Below, in pieces: positions 10,185 through 20,680 of a DNA stretch of 33,126 nt. The notes below the pieces were generated by a model. The model worked only from the letters and a program-made list of their open reading frames with translations, did not search any database and was not told the origin of the DNA. Numbering within the stretch: position 1 is the stretch's first letter; the number at the start of each line of letters is the position of its first letter. Both the position numbers and the translations under genes were made by a program. Where the stretch lies: the sequence record DRR378314_1453. One strand, 5' to 3'.

Positions 10185-10837
10185 GCCAGCCCCTGCAGGG
10201 CCTCTACGCCATCACCGATCCGCAGCTGACGCCCGGCGACCGCGTGCTCAGCGCCGCCGAAGCGGCCCTGCGCGGCGGCGCCACGCTGCTGCAGTACCGC
10301 GACAAACCCGCCGACGCCGACACCCGCCGCCACCGGGCCGCGCGGCTGGCCCTGCTGTGCAAGGACTACGGCGCGCGCTTTATCGTCAACGACGACGCCG
10401 CCCTGGCGGCGGAAGTGGAAGCCGACGGCGTGCACCTGGGCCAGAGCGACGGCGCGGTCGGCCGCGCGCGCATGCTGCTCGGCGACGACAAGCTGATCGG
10501 CGTGTCCTGCCATGGTCGTCTTGATCTGGCGCAAAAAGCCGCCGACGAGGGCGCCGACTATCTCGCCCTGGGCCGCTTTTTCGAATCGCGCACCAAGCCG
10601 GGCGCGCCGCCCGCGTCCCTGGACACCCTGCGCGAAGCACGCCGCCGCTTCTCCCTGCCGCTGGTGGCGATCGGCGGAGTGAATCCGCATAATGCCCGGC
10701 AACTGATCGAGGCCGGCGCCGACCTGGTGGCCGTTATCCACGCCCTGTTCGGCCACGCCGACGACGCCGACGTGGAAGCCGCCGCCCGGCGGCTGCACGC
10801 CGCCTTCCCGGCGCCCCCCTTCAAGGAGTCCCAATGA
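10181..10837 (+). CDS. thiE: thiamine phosphate synthase
   Basis: [39 protein letters not shown] overlaps with thiD and hemL. Confidence 0.95.
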   Translation: MSQPLQGLYAITDPQLTPGDRVLSAAEAALRGGATLLQYRDKPADADTRRHRAARLALLCKDYGARFIVNDDAALAAEVEADGVHLGQSDGAVGRARMLLGDDKLIGVSCHGRLDLAQKAADEGADYLALGRFFESRTKPGAPPASLDTLREARRRFSLPLVAIGGVNPHNARQLIEAGADLVAVIHALFGHADDADVEAAARRLHAAFPAPPFKESQ

Positions 10838-12120
10838 GTCGCAAGCATTCCGAACAACTGTTCCGCCGTGCCCAGAAACACATCCCCGGTGGCGTTAATT
10901 CCCCGGTCCGCGCCTTTAAGGGCGTGGGCGGCACACCGGTGTTCTTCCGCCACGCGGAAGGCCCCTATCTGTTCGACGAGGACGACAACCGCTACGTGGA
11001 TTACGTCGGCTCCTGGGGGCCGATGATCCTCGGCCACAACAACCAGGAAGTGCGCGAAGCGGTGCTCAAGGCGGTGGCCGACGGCCTCAGCTTCGGCGCC
11101 CCCACCGCCGCCGAGGTGGACATGGCCGACCTGGTCTGCGAGATGGTGCCGTCCATGGACATGGTGCGCATGGTCAACTCCGGCACCGAAGCGGTGATGA
11201 GCGCGCTGCGCCTGGCGCGCGGCCACACCGGCCGCGACAAGGTGATCAAATTCGAGGGTTGCTACCACGGCCACGTGGACAGCCTGCTGGTGAAAGCCGG
11301 CTCCGGCGCGCTGACCCTGGGCACCCCCAGCTCACCGGGCGTGCCCAAGGCGGTCACCGACGACACCCTGACCCTCAATTTCAACGACGCCGGCGGCCTG
11401 GCCGAAGTGTTCAAGGCCCAGGGCGACCAGATCGCCGCCGTGATCGTCGAGCCGGTGGCCGGCAACATGAACTGCGTGCCGCCCACCCAGGGCTTTCTGG
11501 AAGCGCTGCGCGAGCAGTGCGACCAGTACGGCGCGGTGCTGATTTTCGACGAAGTGATGACCGGCTTCCGGGTCGCCAGGGGCGGCGCCCAGGCCCGCTA
11601 CGGCGTGACCCCGGACCTCACCACCCTGGGCAAGATCATCGGCGGCGGCATGCCGGTGGGCGCGCTGGGTGGCAAACGGGAAATCATGGAAAAGCTGTCA
11701 CCGCTGGGCCCGGTCTATCAGGCCGGCACCCTGTCCGGTAACCCGGTGGCCATGGCGGCCGGCCTGGCGACGCTGAAACAGCTGCGCCGCGACGGCTTCT
11801 ACGAAGAGCTGGAAGCGAAAACCGAACGGCTCACCGCGGGCCTGGCCGAAGCCGCCCGGGGCGCCGGCGTCGGCTTCCACACCACGCAGGCGGGCGGCAT
11901 GTTCGGCCTGTTCTTCACCGACCAGACCCGCATCAGCCGCTTCGACGAGGTCATGGCCTGCGACCAGCCGCGCTTCAACGGCTTCTTCCACGCCATGCTG
12001 GACCGCGGTGTCTATCTGGCGCCCAGCGCCTTCGAAGCCGGCTTCGTGTCGATCACCCACAGCGACGACGACATCGACACCACCATCCAGGCCGCCCGCG
12101 ACGCCTTCAGCGTTCTTTGA
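10834..12120 (+). CDS. hemL: glutamate-1-semialdehyde 2,1-aminomutase
   Basis: [47 protein letters not shown]. Confidence 0.98.
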   Translation: MSRKHSEQLFRRAQKHIPGGVNSPVRAFKGVGGTPVFFRHAEGPYLFDEDDNRYVDYVGSWGPMILGHNNQEVREAVLKAVADGLSFGAPTAAEVDMADLVCEMVPSMDMVRMVNSGTEAVMSALRLARGHTGRDKVIKFEGCYHGHVDSLLVKAGSGALTLGTPSSPGVPKAVTDDTLTLNFNDAGGLAEVFKAQGDQIAAVIVEPVAGNMNCVPPTQGFLEALREQCDQYGAVLIFDEVMTGFRVARGGAQARYGVTPDLTTLGKIIGGGMPVGALGGKREIMEKLSPLGPVYQAGTLSGNPVAMAAGLATLKQLRRDGFYEELEAKTERLTAGLAEAARGAGVGFHTTQAGGMFGLFFTDQTRISRFDEVMACDQPRFNGFFHAMLDRGVYLAPSAFEAGFVSITHSDDDIDTTIQAARDAFSVL

Positions 12121-12132
12121 AGCGGACGGGGG

Positions 12133-12597
12133 CTAGCGGGCCAGTGCTACGCACTGGCCCGCGGTCAGCGCCAACAGATCCACCGCCGCCATCTCGATTT
12201 CCAGACCCCGCCGTCCGGCACTCATGTAAAGGGTATCGAAACTCAACGCGCTCTGGTCCAGCCACAGCGGCGACCGGCGTTTCTGACCCAGCGGACTGAT
12301 GCCACCCAGCACATAACCGGTGACCCGTTGCGCCAGATCGGCGTCGGCCATCTGCGCCTTCTTGCCGCCGGCCGCCTTGGCCAGCGCTTTCAGATCAAGG
12401 CTCAGGTGCACCGGCACCATGGCCACCTGGGGCTGGTCGTCGACCACCGCCAGCAGCGTCTTGAACACGCGGCGCGGGTCCAGATCCAGAAGCTCCGCGG
12501 CCTCCAGGCCGTAGCTTTCGGCACCGGGGTCGTGCTGGTAGCGGTGCAGCCGGAAATCGACGCCGGCGTCCTCCGCCATTTTTACCGCCGGGGTCAT
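12133..12597 (-). CDS. ybaK: Cys-tRNA(Pro) deacylase YbaK
   Basis: MTPAV, VFKTL, TGYVLGGISPLGQK, SAGRRGLEIE. Confidence 0.93.
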   Translation of the reverse strand: MTPAVKMAEDAGVDFRLHRYQHDPGAESYGLEAAELLDLDPRRVFKTLLAVVDDQPQVAMVPVHLSLDLKALAKAAGGKKAQMADADLAQRVTGYVLGGISPLGQKRRSPLWLDQSALSFDTLYMSAGRRGLEIEMAAVDLLALTAGQCVALAR

Positions 12598-13043
12598 GCG
12601 CGGTCCGGCTGCCGCAGGGCCTGGGCCCGCGCGCGCGCTTCATCGGCGCCGCTGCGGTCGCCCTGCTCGGCGCGGGCGGCGGCCACCAGCTCCCACAGCT
12701 CGGCGCGGTAGTCGTCGTTGTCCGGCGCCAGGCGCAGGGCGCGCTGGGCAAAGCCTTCGGCGGCATGGCCGTCGCCCTCTTCCAGCCGCAGCAGCGCCAG
12801 CTCGCGGTACAGCCACGAGGAGTTGGGCGCCATGGTCAGCGCCCGTTCCAGGTAGCGGCTGGCCGCGCCGGTCTCTCCCTGGGCACGGGCCTGCTCGGCG
12901 CGGCTCAGCAGCGCCATCGCCGGAGACCCTTGCAACTCGGTGTCGGCGGTGACCGGCTCCGCTTTCTCCGCCGGCGGCGTCACCGCGCAGCCGGACAGCA
13001 ACAGCACCGCCAGCAGCGTTAGTCGAACCAGCCCTTGAACCAT
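12594..13043 (-). CDS. TPR lipoprotein, LpoP-like PBP1b activator
   Basis: Lipobox LLLSGC, TPR helices (AASRYLERAL...AEGFAQRALRLA), overlaps the mrcB 3' end as Pseudomonas lpoP follows ponB. Confidence 0.75.
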   Translation of the reverse strand: MVQGLVRLTLLAVLLLSGCAVTPPAEKAEPVTADTELQGSPAMALLSRAEQARAQGETGAASRYLERALTMAPNSSWLYRELALLRLEEGDGHAAEGFAQRALRLAPDNDDYRAELWELVAAARAEQGDRSGADEARARAQALRQPDRA

Positions 13044-15376
13044 TCCACCACTCCTTCCTTAACCTGGGTCGCGTTACCGCAACCGTCGCTTTGCTCCGGG
13101 ATGGAAGCCTCCAGCATCGGGTATTCCCGCGCCCCGGAACAGCCTTTGCCACTGGTTTTCTCCCCGGAGGGATCCATCCACACCTCTTCCACGCCCGGCG
13201 GCGGCACCTGGGACAGGCTGGTCTGCGGCAGACCGGCCATCAGCCGGCTCCACACCGGGAGCGCGCCGGACGAGCCGGTCACACGGGCGTTTTCGTTGTT
13301 GTCACGGCCCACCCAGACCACCGACAGGTGGTTGCCGGAGAAGCCGGCGAACCAGGCGTCCCGGTATTCATCACTGGTGCCGGTCTTGCCGGCCACTTTC
13401 AGGTCCGCGGGCAGCACCGAGCGGGCGGAACGGGCGGTGCCCTTCTCCACCACCTGCTGCATGCCCCACTGAATCAGATAGGCCGGCCCGGAATCGATCA
13501 CCTCTTCGGTGTCCACCGGATAGCGGGCCAGCGGCTCGCCGTCCTTGTCCAGCACATCGGTGATCGAACGCAACGGCGTGGCGAAGCCGCCGGTGGCGAG
13601 CGGCTGGTACAGCATCGCCACCTCGAAGGGCGTCATGCCGATGCTGCCGAGCAGAATACTGGGGTAGGCCGGAACGGTCTTTTTCACGCCCAGCTGGGAC
13701 AGGGTCCGGACCACCGCGTCCGGCCCCACGTCCATGCCCAGGCGCACGGTGGCCTGGTTGCGTGAATAGGCCAGCGCGTCGACCAGCGGGATGGGGCCCT
13801 TGGATTCGCCGTCGAAGTTCTGCGGGGTCCACTTCTTGCCGGTGGTCAGCGGCACGGTGATCGGCTCGTCCGCCACCGGGGTGGCCAGGCTGTAGCGCTT
13901 GGGCCGCTGCAGCGCGGTGAGCATCACCACCGGCTTGACCAGCGAGCCCATCGGCCGGGTGGCGTCCAGGGCGCGGTTGAAACCCTGGGCGCGGGACTCG
14001 CGGCTGCCCACCAGCGCCAGCACGTCGCCCTGGGCCGGCGCCACCACCACCACCGCGCCGTTGAGCGCGTCGCCGGAGGCGTCCAGGCTGTTGAGGTGCT
14101 CACTGAGCGCCTTCTCGGAGGCCAGCTGCGCCAGCACGTCCAGGGTGGAGTGAATCCGCAGGCCCTCCTCGCCCAGCACGTCGGCCGGATAATCCCGGGC
14201 CAGCTGACGGCGCACCAGATCAATGAACGCCGGGAAGGCGTACAGCGGCGACGCGCCACGCGGCACCACTTCCAGATCCCGTTCGCGGAAACGCCGGTAC
14301 TCCTGATCGCTCAACGCGCCCTCTTCCAGGGCCACTTTGAGCACCGTGTTGCGACGCGCCAGGGAACGCTCCGGATTACGGCGCGGGTCGTAGTAGCTGG
14401 GGCCCTTCAACAGGGCCACCAGGGTGGCGAGCTGGTGGGGCTCCAGCTCTTCCAGCGGTCGCCCGAAATAGAACTGAGCGCCCAACCCCATGCCGTGGAT
14501 GGCGCGCTTGCCGTCCTGGCCCAGGTACACCTCGTTAAGGTAGGCCTCGAGGATCTGCTCTTTGCTGTAGTGCAGCTCCAGCAACACCGCCATCGGCATT
14601 TCCACCAGCTTGCGGGCGAGAGTGCGGTCCTGCGTGAGCCAGAAATTCTTCACCAGCTGCTGGGTCAGGGTGCTGCCGCCCTGCACCAGGCCGCCGGCTT
14701 TAACGTTGGCCACCATGGCGCGGGCCAGCCCCCGCGGCGAGACCCCGTGGTGCTCATAGAAATCACGGTCCTCGGTGGCCAGCAGCATCTGCACCAGCAG
14801 CGGCGGCACCCGGTCCAGGGGCACGAACACCCGGTCCTCGGTGTGGCCGGGGTGGATGCTGCCGATTTGCAGCGGCTCCAGCCGGGCCAGTGAATCGCCG
14901 TCGTTGCTGTCCAGCGCGCTGATCTGTCCGCCGCCGAGCGTGACGCGGATGCGCTGGGCCGGCTCGCCGCCGTCGCTGTCGCGGAAACCACGGGTATGGA
15001 TCACCAGGGTGTTGCCGTCGGTGGTGTAGCTGCCCGGGGTGGGCGCGCCACCGGCGCGACGGTAGCGCATCAACTCCAGCATCTTGAGCATGTCGTTGCG
15101 CGCCAGGACCCGGCCGGGATACAACTCCACCGGACGCGCGTATACGCGCGCCGGCAACTGCCAGACGTGGCTGTCGAACCGGTCGCGCACATAGGCGTCC
15201 AGATAGGCCAGCCCGGCGGCCGCCAGCACCAGCAGCACCACCGAGACCTTGGCGATGAACCGCCAGCTGAACCAGCGCCGCCCCGCGGACCGGTTGTTTC
15301 GTTTGTTTCCCGACTTAGCGGGGCGGCGCGCGGACCCTTTACGGGCGGACGCCGGCTTTTTCGCATTCTTCGCCAT
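13019..15376 (-). CDS. mrcB: penicillin-binding protein 1B
   Basis: TM anchor, UB2H region, transglycosylase EDRDFYEHHG and GGSTLTQQLVKN, transpeptidase SLVK, SRN, KTGT. Confidence 0.96.
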   Translation of the reverse strand: MAKNAKKPASARKGSARRPAKSGNKRNNRSAGRRWFSWRFIAKVSVVLLVLAAAGLAYLDAYVRDRFDSHVWQLPARVYARPVELYPGRVLARNDMLKMLELMRYRRAGGAPTPGSYTTDGNTLVIHTRGFRDSDGGEPAQRIRVTLGGGQISALDSNDGDSLARLEPLQIGSIHPGHTEDRVFVPLDRVPPLLVQMLLATEDRDFYEHHGVSPRGLARAMVANVKAGGLVQGGSTLTQQLVKNFWLTQDRTLARKLVEMPMAVLLELHYSKEQILEAYLNEVYLGQDGKRAIHGMGLGAQFYFGRPLEELEPHQLATLVALLKGPSYYDPRRNPERSLARRNTVLKVALEEGALSDQEYRRFRERDLEVVPRGASPLYAFPAFIDLVRRQLARDYPADVLGEEGLRIHSTLDVLAQLASEKALSEHLNSLDASGDALNGAVVVVAPAQGDVLALVGSRESRAQGFNRALDATRPMGSLVKPVVMLTALQRPKRYSLATPVADEPITVPLTTGKKWTPQNFDGESKGPIPLVDALAYSRNQATVRLGMDVGPDAVVRTLSQLGVKKTVPAYPSILLGSIGMTPFEVAMLYQPLATGGFATPLRSITDVLDKDGEPLARYPVDTEEVIDSGPAYLIQWGMQQVVEKGTARSARSVLPADLKVAGKTGTSDEYRDAWFAGFSGNHLSVVWVGRDNNENARVTGSSGALPVWSRLMAGLPQTSLSQVPPPGVEEVWMDPSGEKTSGKGCSGAREYPMLEASIPEQSDGCGNATQVKEGVVEWFKGWFD

Positions 15377-15489
15377 GGTCGCGAGTATAGTGAGACGGTG
15401 GCCGGGAGCCTACGCAAGAAAACCCGGTTTTACACTGTTATCGGTGTCTTTATGAGTGGCGTCACAGTCACCGGGCGGGCAAACCCGGT

Positions 15490-15518
15490 TTGGCATGGGA
15501 GGTCGGCGCCACCATAAT
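15490..15518 (+). promoter_or_regulatory. sigma70 promoter for PfkB kinase-Rieske-srkA
   Basis: TTGGCA (15490-95), 17-bp spacer, CATAAT (15513-18). Confidence 0.6.
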
Positions 15519-15549
15519 GGCCTCTTTTGTTAACCGGCCCGGAGTCCGC

Positions 15550-16554
15550 ATGGAAAAGAAATACCACGTTTACGCCCTCGGCAATGCCCTGGTGGATACC
15601 GAAGTGGAAGTAACCGATGAATTCCTGACCCGTCTGGATTTGAGCAAGGGCCTGATGACGCTCGTCGATGAGGCGCGCCAGCAGGAGCTGGTGGCGGCGC
15701 TGGCCGGCGAAGCCGAACCCCACAAGCACACCTGCGGCGGCTCCGCCTGCAATACGGTGGTGGCGGCACGCCACTTCGGCGGCCGTGGCTACTACGCCTG
15801 CAAGGTGGCCGCCGACGACACCGGTGACTTTTTCGTGCGCGACCTGCAGGCCGCCGGCGTCGACACCAACATGACCGGCACCCGCGAGGACGGTGTGTCC
15901 GGCAAATGCCTGGTGATGATCACACCGGACGCGGAACGCACCATGCACACCTTTCTGGGCATCTCCCAGTCGGTCGGCGAACAGGAACTGGACGAAGACG
16001 CCATCGCCGCCTCCGAGTTCGTCTACCTGGAAGGCTATCTGGTGAGCTCCGACAGCGCCCGCGCCGCCGCCGTCCGTCTACGCCAGCTGGCGGAAAAGCA
16101 CGGCGTGCGCACTTCGCTGACGTTCTCCGATCCGGCGATGGTGCAGTTCTTCCGCGACGGCCTGGCGGAAATGCTGGGCGACGGCGTCGACCTGCTGTTC
16201 TGCAATGAGGCGGAAGCCCTCGGCTACACCGACACCGACAGCCCGCAGGCCGCGCTGGAGGCGCTGAAGCCGCTGTGCCGCGCCCTGGTGATGACGCGCG
16301 GCGCGGAAGGCGCGCTGATCTGGGACGGCGAGCGGGTCCACCAGGTCGACGCGACGCCGGTTAAAGCCATCGACACCAACGGCGCCGGCGACATGTTCGC
16401 CGGCGCGTATCTGTACGCCCTCACCCACGGCCATGACCACGCCACCGCCGGCCGGCTGGCGGCCGCCGCCAGCTCGCGGCTGGTCACCGAATTCGGCCCG
16501 CGCCTCCCCGCCGAGGCGCATCTGGAAGTGCGCAAGCAGGTACTGGGCGAATAA
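15550..16554 (+). CDS. PfkB family carbohydrate/adenosine kinase
   Basis: GNALVD, GGSACNT, ERTMHTFLG, DTNGAGDMFAG; GGAG SD. Confidence 0.9.
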   Translation: MEKKYHVYALGNALVDTEVEVTDEFLTRLDLSKGLMTLVDEARQQELVAALAGEAEPHKHTCGGSACNTVVAARHFGGRGYYACKVAADDTGDFFVRDLQAAGVDTNMTGTREDGVSGKCLVMITPDAERTMHTFLGISQSVGEQELDEDAIAASEFVYLEGYLVSSDSARAAAVRLRQLAEKHGVRTSLTFSDPAMVQFFRDGLAEMLGDGVDLLFCNEAEALGYTDTDSPQAALEALKPLCRALVMTRGAEGALIWDGERVHQVDATPVKAIDTNGAGDMFAGAYLYALTHGHDHATAGRLAAAASSRLVTEFGPRLPAEAHLEVRKQVLGE

Positions 16555-16567
16555 AAAAGGGGGAGCC

Positions 16568-16900
16568 ATGCAAGCAGTCTGCAAAACCGAGGACATCGGC
16601 GAGGAAAGCGCCCGGGAATTCATGGTCGGCGAGCAGTCGGTGATCGTGGTCAAATTCGACGGCCAGTTCCATGCGTACCTGAACTGGTGTCCGCACCTGG
16701 GCATTGAACTGAACTTCATGCCCGACCAGTTCATGGACGACGACGGCCGCTTTCTGGTGTGCGCCAACCACGGCGCCCTGTTTGAACCGGAAAACGGCGC
16801 CTGTCTGTCCGGCCCCTGCAGCGGCGACAGCCTTACCGCGGTACCGCTGGACGTCCGCGACGGGGAAATCTGGGTGGGCAACGCCGAAGCCACCGCTTAA
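16568..16900 (+). CDS. Rieske (2Fe-2S) ferredoxin
   Basis: CPH...CANHGALF...CLSGPC Rieske motifs; GGGGAG SD. Confidence 0.92.
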   Translation: MQAVCKTEDIGEESAREFMVGEQSVIVVKFDGQFHAYLNWCPHLGIELNFMPDQFMDDDGRFLVCANHGALFEPENGACLSGPCSGDSLTAVPLDVRDGEIWVGNAEATA

Positions 16901-16913
16901 CCGAGCATTCGTC

Positions 16914-17900
16914 ATGACCGACCAGGAAGGCTCCACCCATCCGTTCGACGCCCTCACCCCGGACGTGATTCTCGACGCCGTGGACAGCGCCGGCTTCGTC
17001 ACCGACGGCCGACTGATGGGGCTCAACAGCTTCGAAAACCGGGTCTATCAGGTCGGTTTGGAAGACACCACGCCGGTGGTGGTGAAGTTCTACCGGCCGC
17101 AGCGCTGGAGCGACGCCCAAATTCTCGAGGAGCACGCCTTCAGCCGCTTCCTGCGCGAGCAGGAACTGCCGGTGGTGGCGCCCCTGGCCAACGACCGCGG
17201 CGAGACCCTGTTCTACCACGCCGACTTCCGTTTCACGGTGTTCCCGCGCCAGGGCGGCCATGCCCCGGAACTGGACAACGCCGACCACCTGCTGGTGCTG
17301 GGCCGCACCCTGGCCCGCTGGCACGCGGCCGGCAACGACCGCCCCTTCCAGACCCGCCCGGCCATCGACATCATCGCCGACTGCCGGGCCGCCGTGGACT
17401 ACGTCAATCAGGGCGTGGTCGACCCCAACTTCTCGGGGCGCTACCGGGACCTGGGCGGGGCACTGATCGAGGCCATGGAGCGGCGGCTGGACGGGATCAC
17501 CTGGCAGGCCATCAACGTGCACGGCGACTGCCACACCGGCAATATTCTGTGGCGCGACGACCTGCCGCACTTCGTGGATCTGGACGACAGCGTGCGCGGC
17601 CCCGCCATGCAGGATCTGTGGATGCTGCTCTCCGGCGACGCGGAGGAGAACAGCCAGCAACTGCGCACCCTGTCCGAGGGCTATGAAACCTTCCTGCCGT
17701 TTCCCTGGGAGCAGCGCCGCCTGATCGAGCCGCTACGGGCCCGGCGCATGCTGCGCCACAGCGCCTGGCTGGCGCAGCGCTGGGACGACCCGGCGTTCCC
17801 GCTGGCGTTTCCCTGGTTCGACTCGCCGCGCTACTGGCAGGACCACATCAATGATCTCGAGCAGGAGCTGGCCACCATGCAGCGCCTGCTCGAACCCTGA
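16914..17900 (+). CDS. srkA: stress response Ser/Thr kinase SrkA (YihE/RdoA)
   Basis: LNSFENRVYQ, KFYRPQRWS, HGDCHTGNIL, DLDD, RWDDPAFPLAFPWF. Confidence 0.93.
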   Translation: MTDQEGSTHPFDALTPDVILDAVDSAGFVTDGRLMGLNSFENRVYQVGLEDTTPVVVKFYRPQRWSDAQILEEHAFSRFLREQELPVVAPLANDRGETLFYHADFRFTVFPRQGGHAPELDNADHLLVLGRTLARWHAAGNDRPFQTRPAIDIIADCRAAVDYVNQGVVDPNFSGRYRDLGGALIEAMERRLDGITWQAINVHGDCHTGNILWRDDLPHFVDLDDSVRGPAMQDLWMLLSGDAEENSQQLRTLSEGYETFLPFPWEQRRLIEPLRARRMLRHSAWLAQRWDDPAFPLAFPWFDSPRYWQDHINDLEQELATMQRLLEP

Positions 17901-17905
17901 CACCG

Positions 17906-18631
17906 TCAGGGCAGCACCACCGGCACCGGCGCATCCAGCACGAATTCGCCGGTGCTCATCCGCGTGCGCCAGGCCAGGATTTCCACCCCGGCGCCCGCCG
18001 CCTCCCGCAGCAGCTGCCCGTACACCGGGTCCACATCGTCGGCGGGCCCGGCGGAACGGGCGCCGCCGTGCTGTACACAGAAGAACAGCACTGCCCGGTA
18101 CCCCTCCCGCGCGGCGGCCATCAAGGTACGCAAATGCTTCTGGCCGCGTTCGGTCACCGAATCCGGGAAACGAATCTCGCCACTGTCCACCTCGCCCGGG
18201 GCCGGCCCCAGGGTCACATTCTTGACCTCGATAAAGGTGTGCGGCGCGGCGCGCTCGCCCAGGGCCAGATCGAAGCGGCTCTCCGCGAACGTCACTTCGC
18301 GCTCCACGCCGTCCGCCGGGGACAGGCCGTCGATGCGGCCGGCGCTAAGCGCCTCGGCCACCAGAGCGTTGGTGCGGCCGGTATTCACCCCCGCCCAGTA
18401 ACCGTGCGCCACCCGCACCGCTTCCAGGGTGTGGCGGTATTTGCGCTTGGGGTTGCCGCTGTCGGAGATCAGCGCCGCCTGTTCCTGGCCGGGCAGCACG
18501 CAGTTTTTCATCGAGCCGGTGTTGGGGCAGTGCACCGTGGTCTCGCTGCCGTCGGGCAGACGTACATCGGCGAGAAAGCGCTTGTAGCGGCGCAGCAGCG
18601 TCACCTCGCGCAGAGGGGGATCAAAATTCAC
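17906..18631 (-). CDS. sfsA: DNA/RNA nuclease SfsA
   Basis: RRYKRFLADV, HCPNTGSM, IEVKNVT, FPDSVTERGQKHL; GTG start overlapping the upstream stop. Confidence 0.95.
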   Translation of the reverse strand: MNFDPPLREVTLLRRYKRFLADVRLPDGSETTVHCPNTGSMKNCVLPGQEQAALISDSGNPKRKYRHTLEAVRVAHGYWAGVNTGRTNALVAEALSAGRIDGLSPADGVEREVTFAESRFDLALGERAAPHTFIEVKNVTLGPAPGEVDSGEIRFPDSVTERGQKHLRTLMAAAREGYRAVLFFCVQHGGARSAGPADDVDPVYGQLLREAAGAGVEILAWRTRMSTGEFVLDAPVPVVLP

Positions 18632-19800
18632 GGTCTCTCCAGATAGGCGCGCAGCCGCTCAAGGGCTTCGTGCAGGCGGCTTTCCTCGCAGGTATAGGCG
18701 AGTCGCAGATAGCGTTCGGGATGATGGTGGGCGCCGAAATCCAGCCCCGGCGTGAGCGCCACCCCGGTGCGTTCCAGCAGGTCCCGGCAGAACGCGAAGC
18801 TGTCGTCGGTGTGCGCACTCACATCCAGATACAGGTAGAAGGCGCCCTCGGCGCCGCCCACCACCGGCAGGCCCATGCCGGGCAGGGCCTCCATCAGCAG
18901 GGTGCGGCGCCGGTCGAGAAGCTGGCGCCTCTGCTCGGCGATCGCCAGGCTCTCCTCGCCGAAGGCGGCCATGGCGGCGTGCTGGGCCACCGTGGACGGC
19001 GCCAGAAACCAGTTCTGCGCCAGCCGCTCGATGGCCGGCACCCAGGCTTGCGGCGCCACCAGCCAGCCCAGCCGCCAGCCGGTCATGCCGAAGTACTTGC
19101 TGAAGCTGTTGATCACCACCGCCTCGTCGCCGTGGCGCAGCACGGTATCCGCCGGCGCCCCGTAACAGAGCCCCTGATAGATCTCGTCCACCACCAGGGT
19201 GCCGCCGCGCGCCCTGCAGTCGCGGGCCAGGCCCGCCAGCCCGGCGCCGTCGGTGCGGTTGCCGGTGGGGTTGTCCGGGCTGGCCACCATCGCCACCCGG
19301 GTGCGCTCGGTCCAGGCCGCCTCGAGGGTGTCGGCGGTCAGCCGGAAGCCGTCTTCGGGCCTCAACGGCAGGGGGCGGGGCACGCCGCCGAACAGGGTCA
19401 CGAACTGGCGGTTGCAGGGGTAGCCCGGGTCACACAGCAGCACCTCGTCGCCGGCGTTCAACAGGGCGCCCATAATCAATTGCAGCGCTCCCGAAGCGCC
19501 CGGCGTCACCACCACCTGGGCCGGGCTCACCGAGGCGCCGAGCCGATCACGGTAGTCCCGGGCAATGGCTTCGCGCAGCGCGGGCAGGCCGGCGGCGGGC
19601 GTGTAGCGCGTCTGGCCCCGGTCCAGGGCGCGCCGCGCCGCGTCCATGATCGGGGCGGCGCAGGGAAAATCCGGCTCGCCCACTTCCAGGTGCAGGATGT
19701 CGTGGCCGGCGGCTTCCAGGGCCTGGGCCCGCTCCAGCAACGCCATGACATGAAACGGCGGCGCCTGTTCGGCAAGATGAGACAAGATGGGACGGTTCAA
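18628..19800 (-). CDS. PLP-dependent class I/II aminotransferase
   Basis: PFHVM, LEVGEPDF, SPDNPTG, DEIY, NSFSKYFGMTGWRLG; likely TTG start at 19800 after GGAAAGGGG. Confidence 0.9.
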   Translation of the reverse strand: MNRPILSHLAEQAPPFHVMALLERAQALEAAGHDILHLEVGEPDFPCAAPIMDAARRALDRGQTRYTPAAGLPALREAIARDYRDRLGASVSPAQVVVTPGASGALQLIMGALLNAGDEVLLCDPGYPCNRQFVTLFGGVPRPLPLRPEDGFRLTADTLEAAWTERTRVAMVASPDNPTGNRTDGAGLAGLARDCRARGGTLVVDEIYQGLCYGAPADTVLRHGDEAVVINSFSKYFGMTGWRLGWLVAPQAWVPAIERLAQNWFLAPSTVAQHAAMAAFGEESLAIAEQRRQLLDRRRTLLMEALPGMGLPVVGGAEGAFYLYLDVSAHTDDSFAFCRDLLERTGVALTPGLDFGAHHHPERYLRLAYTCEESRLHEALERLRAYLERP

Positions 19801-20091
19801 GAAAAACCCCTTTCCTGTGGCCTGGGTGTCGTTATAATCCCGTGGTTTCGCCACGCAATGCGTGCGCGGGCAAGGGAACGCCCCCGCTTCGCAAGCCGCG
19901 CCAACAGCGAATCTCGCCGGAAAAACCGCGACTGTGCTGAATAGTGACAAGGCTTGCAATAAAGCGGTAAGGTCGAAGGTTACACTATTATCTGTCCTGG
20001 ATTGGGCGGCCCTGTGCAAGGGCGGCTGTCGCCTGCAGGGATCTGGGCTCTTAGGTAGCGAGTCGTGACTATGTTAAGGGAGTTGATCAAA

Positions 20092-20680
20092 ATGGCCACC
20101 GGTAGCAAGAGCAAGAAGAAAACGGCCAGCAAGGCGGGCAGCGCGGCTTCCAAAAAAGCCACCACGAAAACGACGACGGCTAAAAAAGCGGTCGCCAAGA
20201 AAGCGGCCGTAAAGAAGGCCCCGGCTAAAAAAGCCGCCGCCAAGACCACCCCGAAACGCGCCACGGCCGCCCCCACCAGGAAAACCACCGCTACCAAAGC
20301 GGCCGCCAAAAAGGCGACCGCGAAAAAAGCCGCGGTAAAGAAACCGGCGGCGAAGAAGACCACGGTGAAAAAAGCCGCAACCGCTCCGGCCAAGAAAGCC
20401 GCCAGCAAAAAGCCGGCGAGCAAACCGGCGGCCAAAAAGGCCGCAGTGAAGAAGGCCGCAGTGAAGAAGACCGCCGCGAAAAAGCCCACGGCGAAGAAAG
20501 CCGCCGTGAAGAAAGCCGCGACCGCTAAATCCGCGACAACGCCGAAAGCACCGGCCAAACAGAGCGCGGCCCAAAAGGCGCCGGCAAAAACCGCCGCCGG
20601 CAAAGCCGCCAAACCCGTCGCCAAAAAGGCGGCGGCGAAGAAAAGCACCGCTCGGAAGGCTACCGCCGCGCCGGCCACGA
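20092..20680 (+). repeat. low-complexity KKAA/PAKK repeats in the dksA 5' region
   Basis: Recurrent AAKK, KKAAVKK and PAKK peptides, including an exact 15-bp tandem duplication AAGGCCGCAGTGAAG at 20437-20466. Confidence 0.9.
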
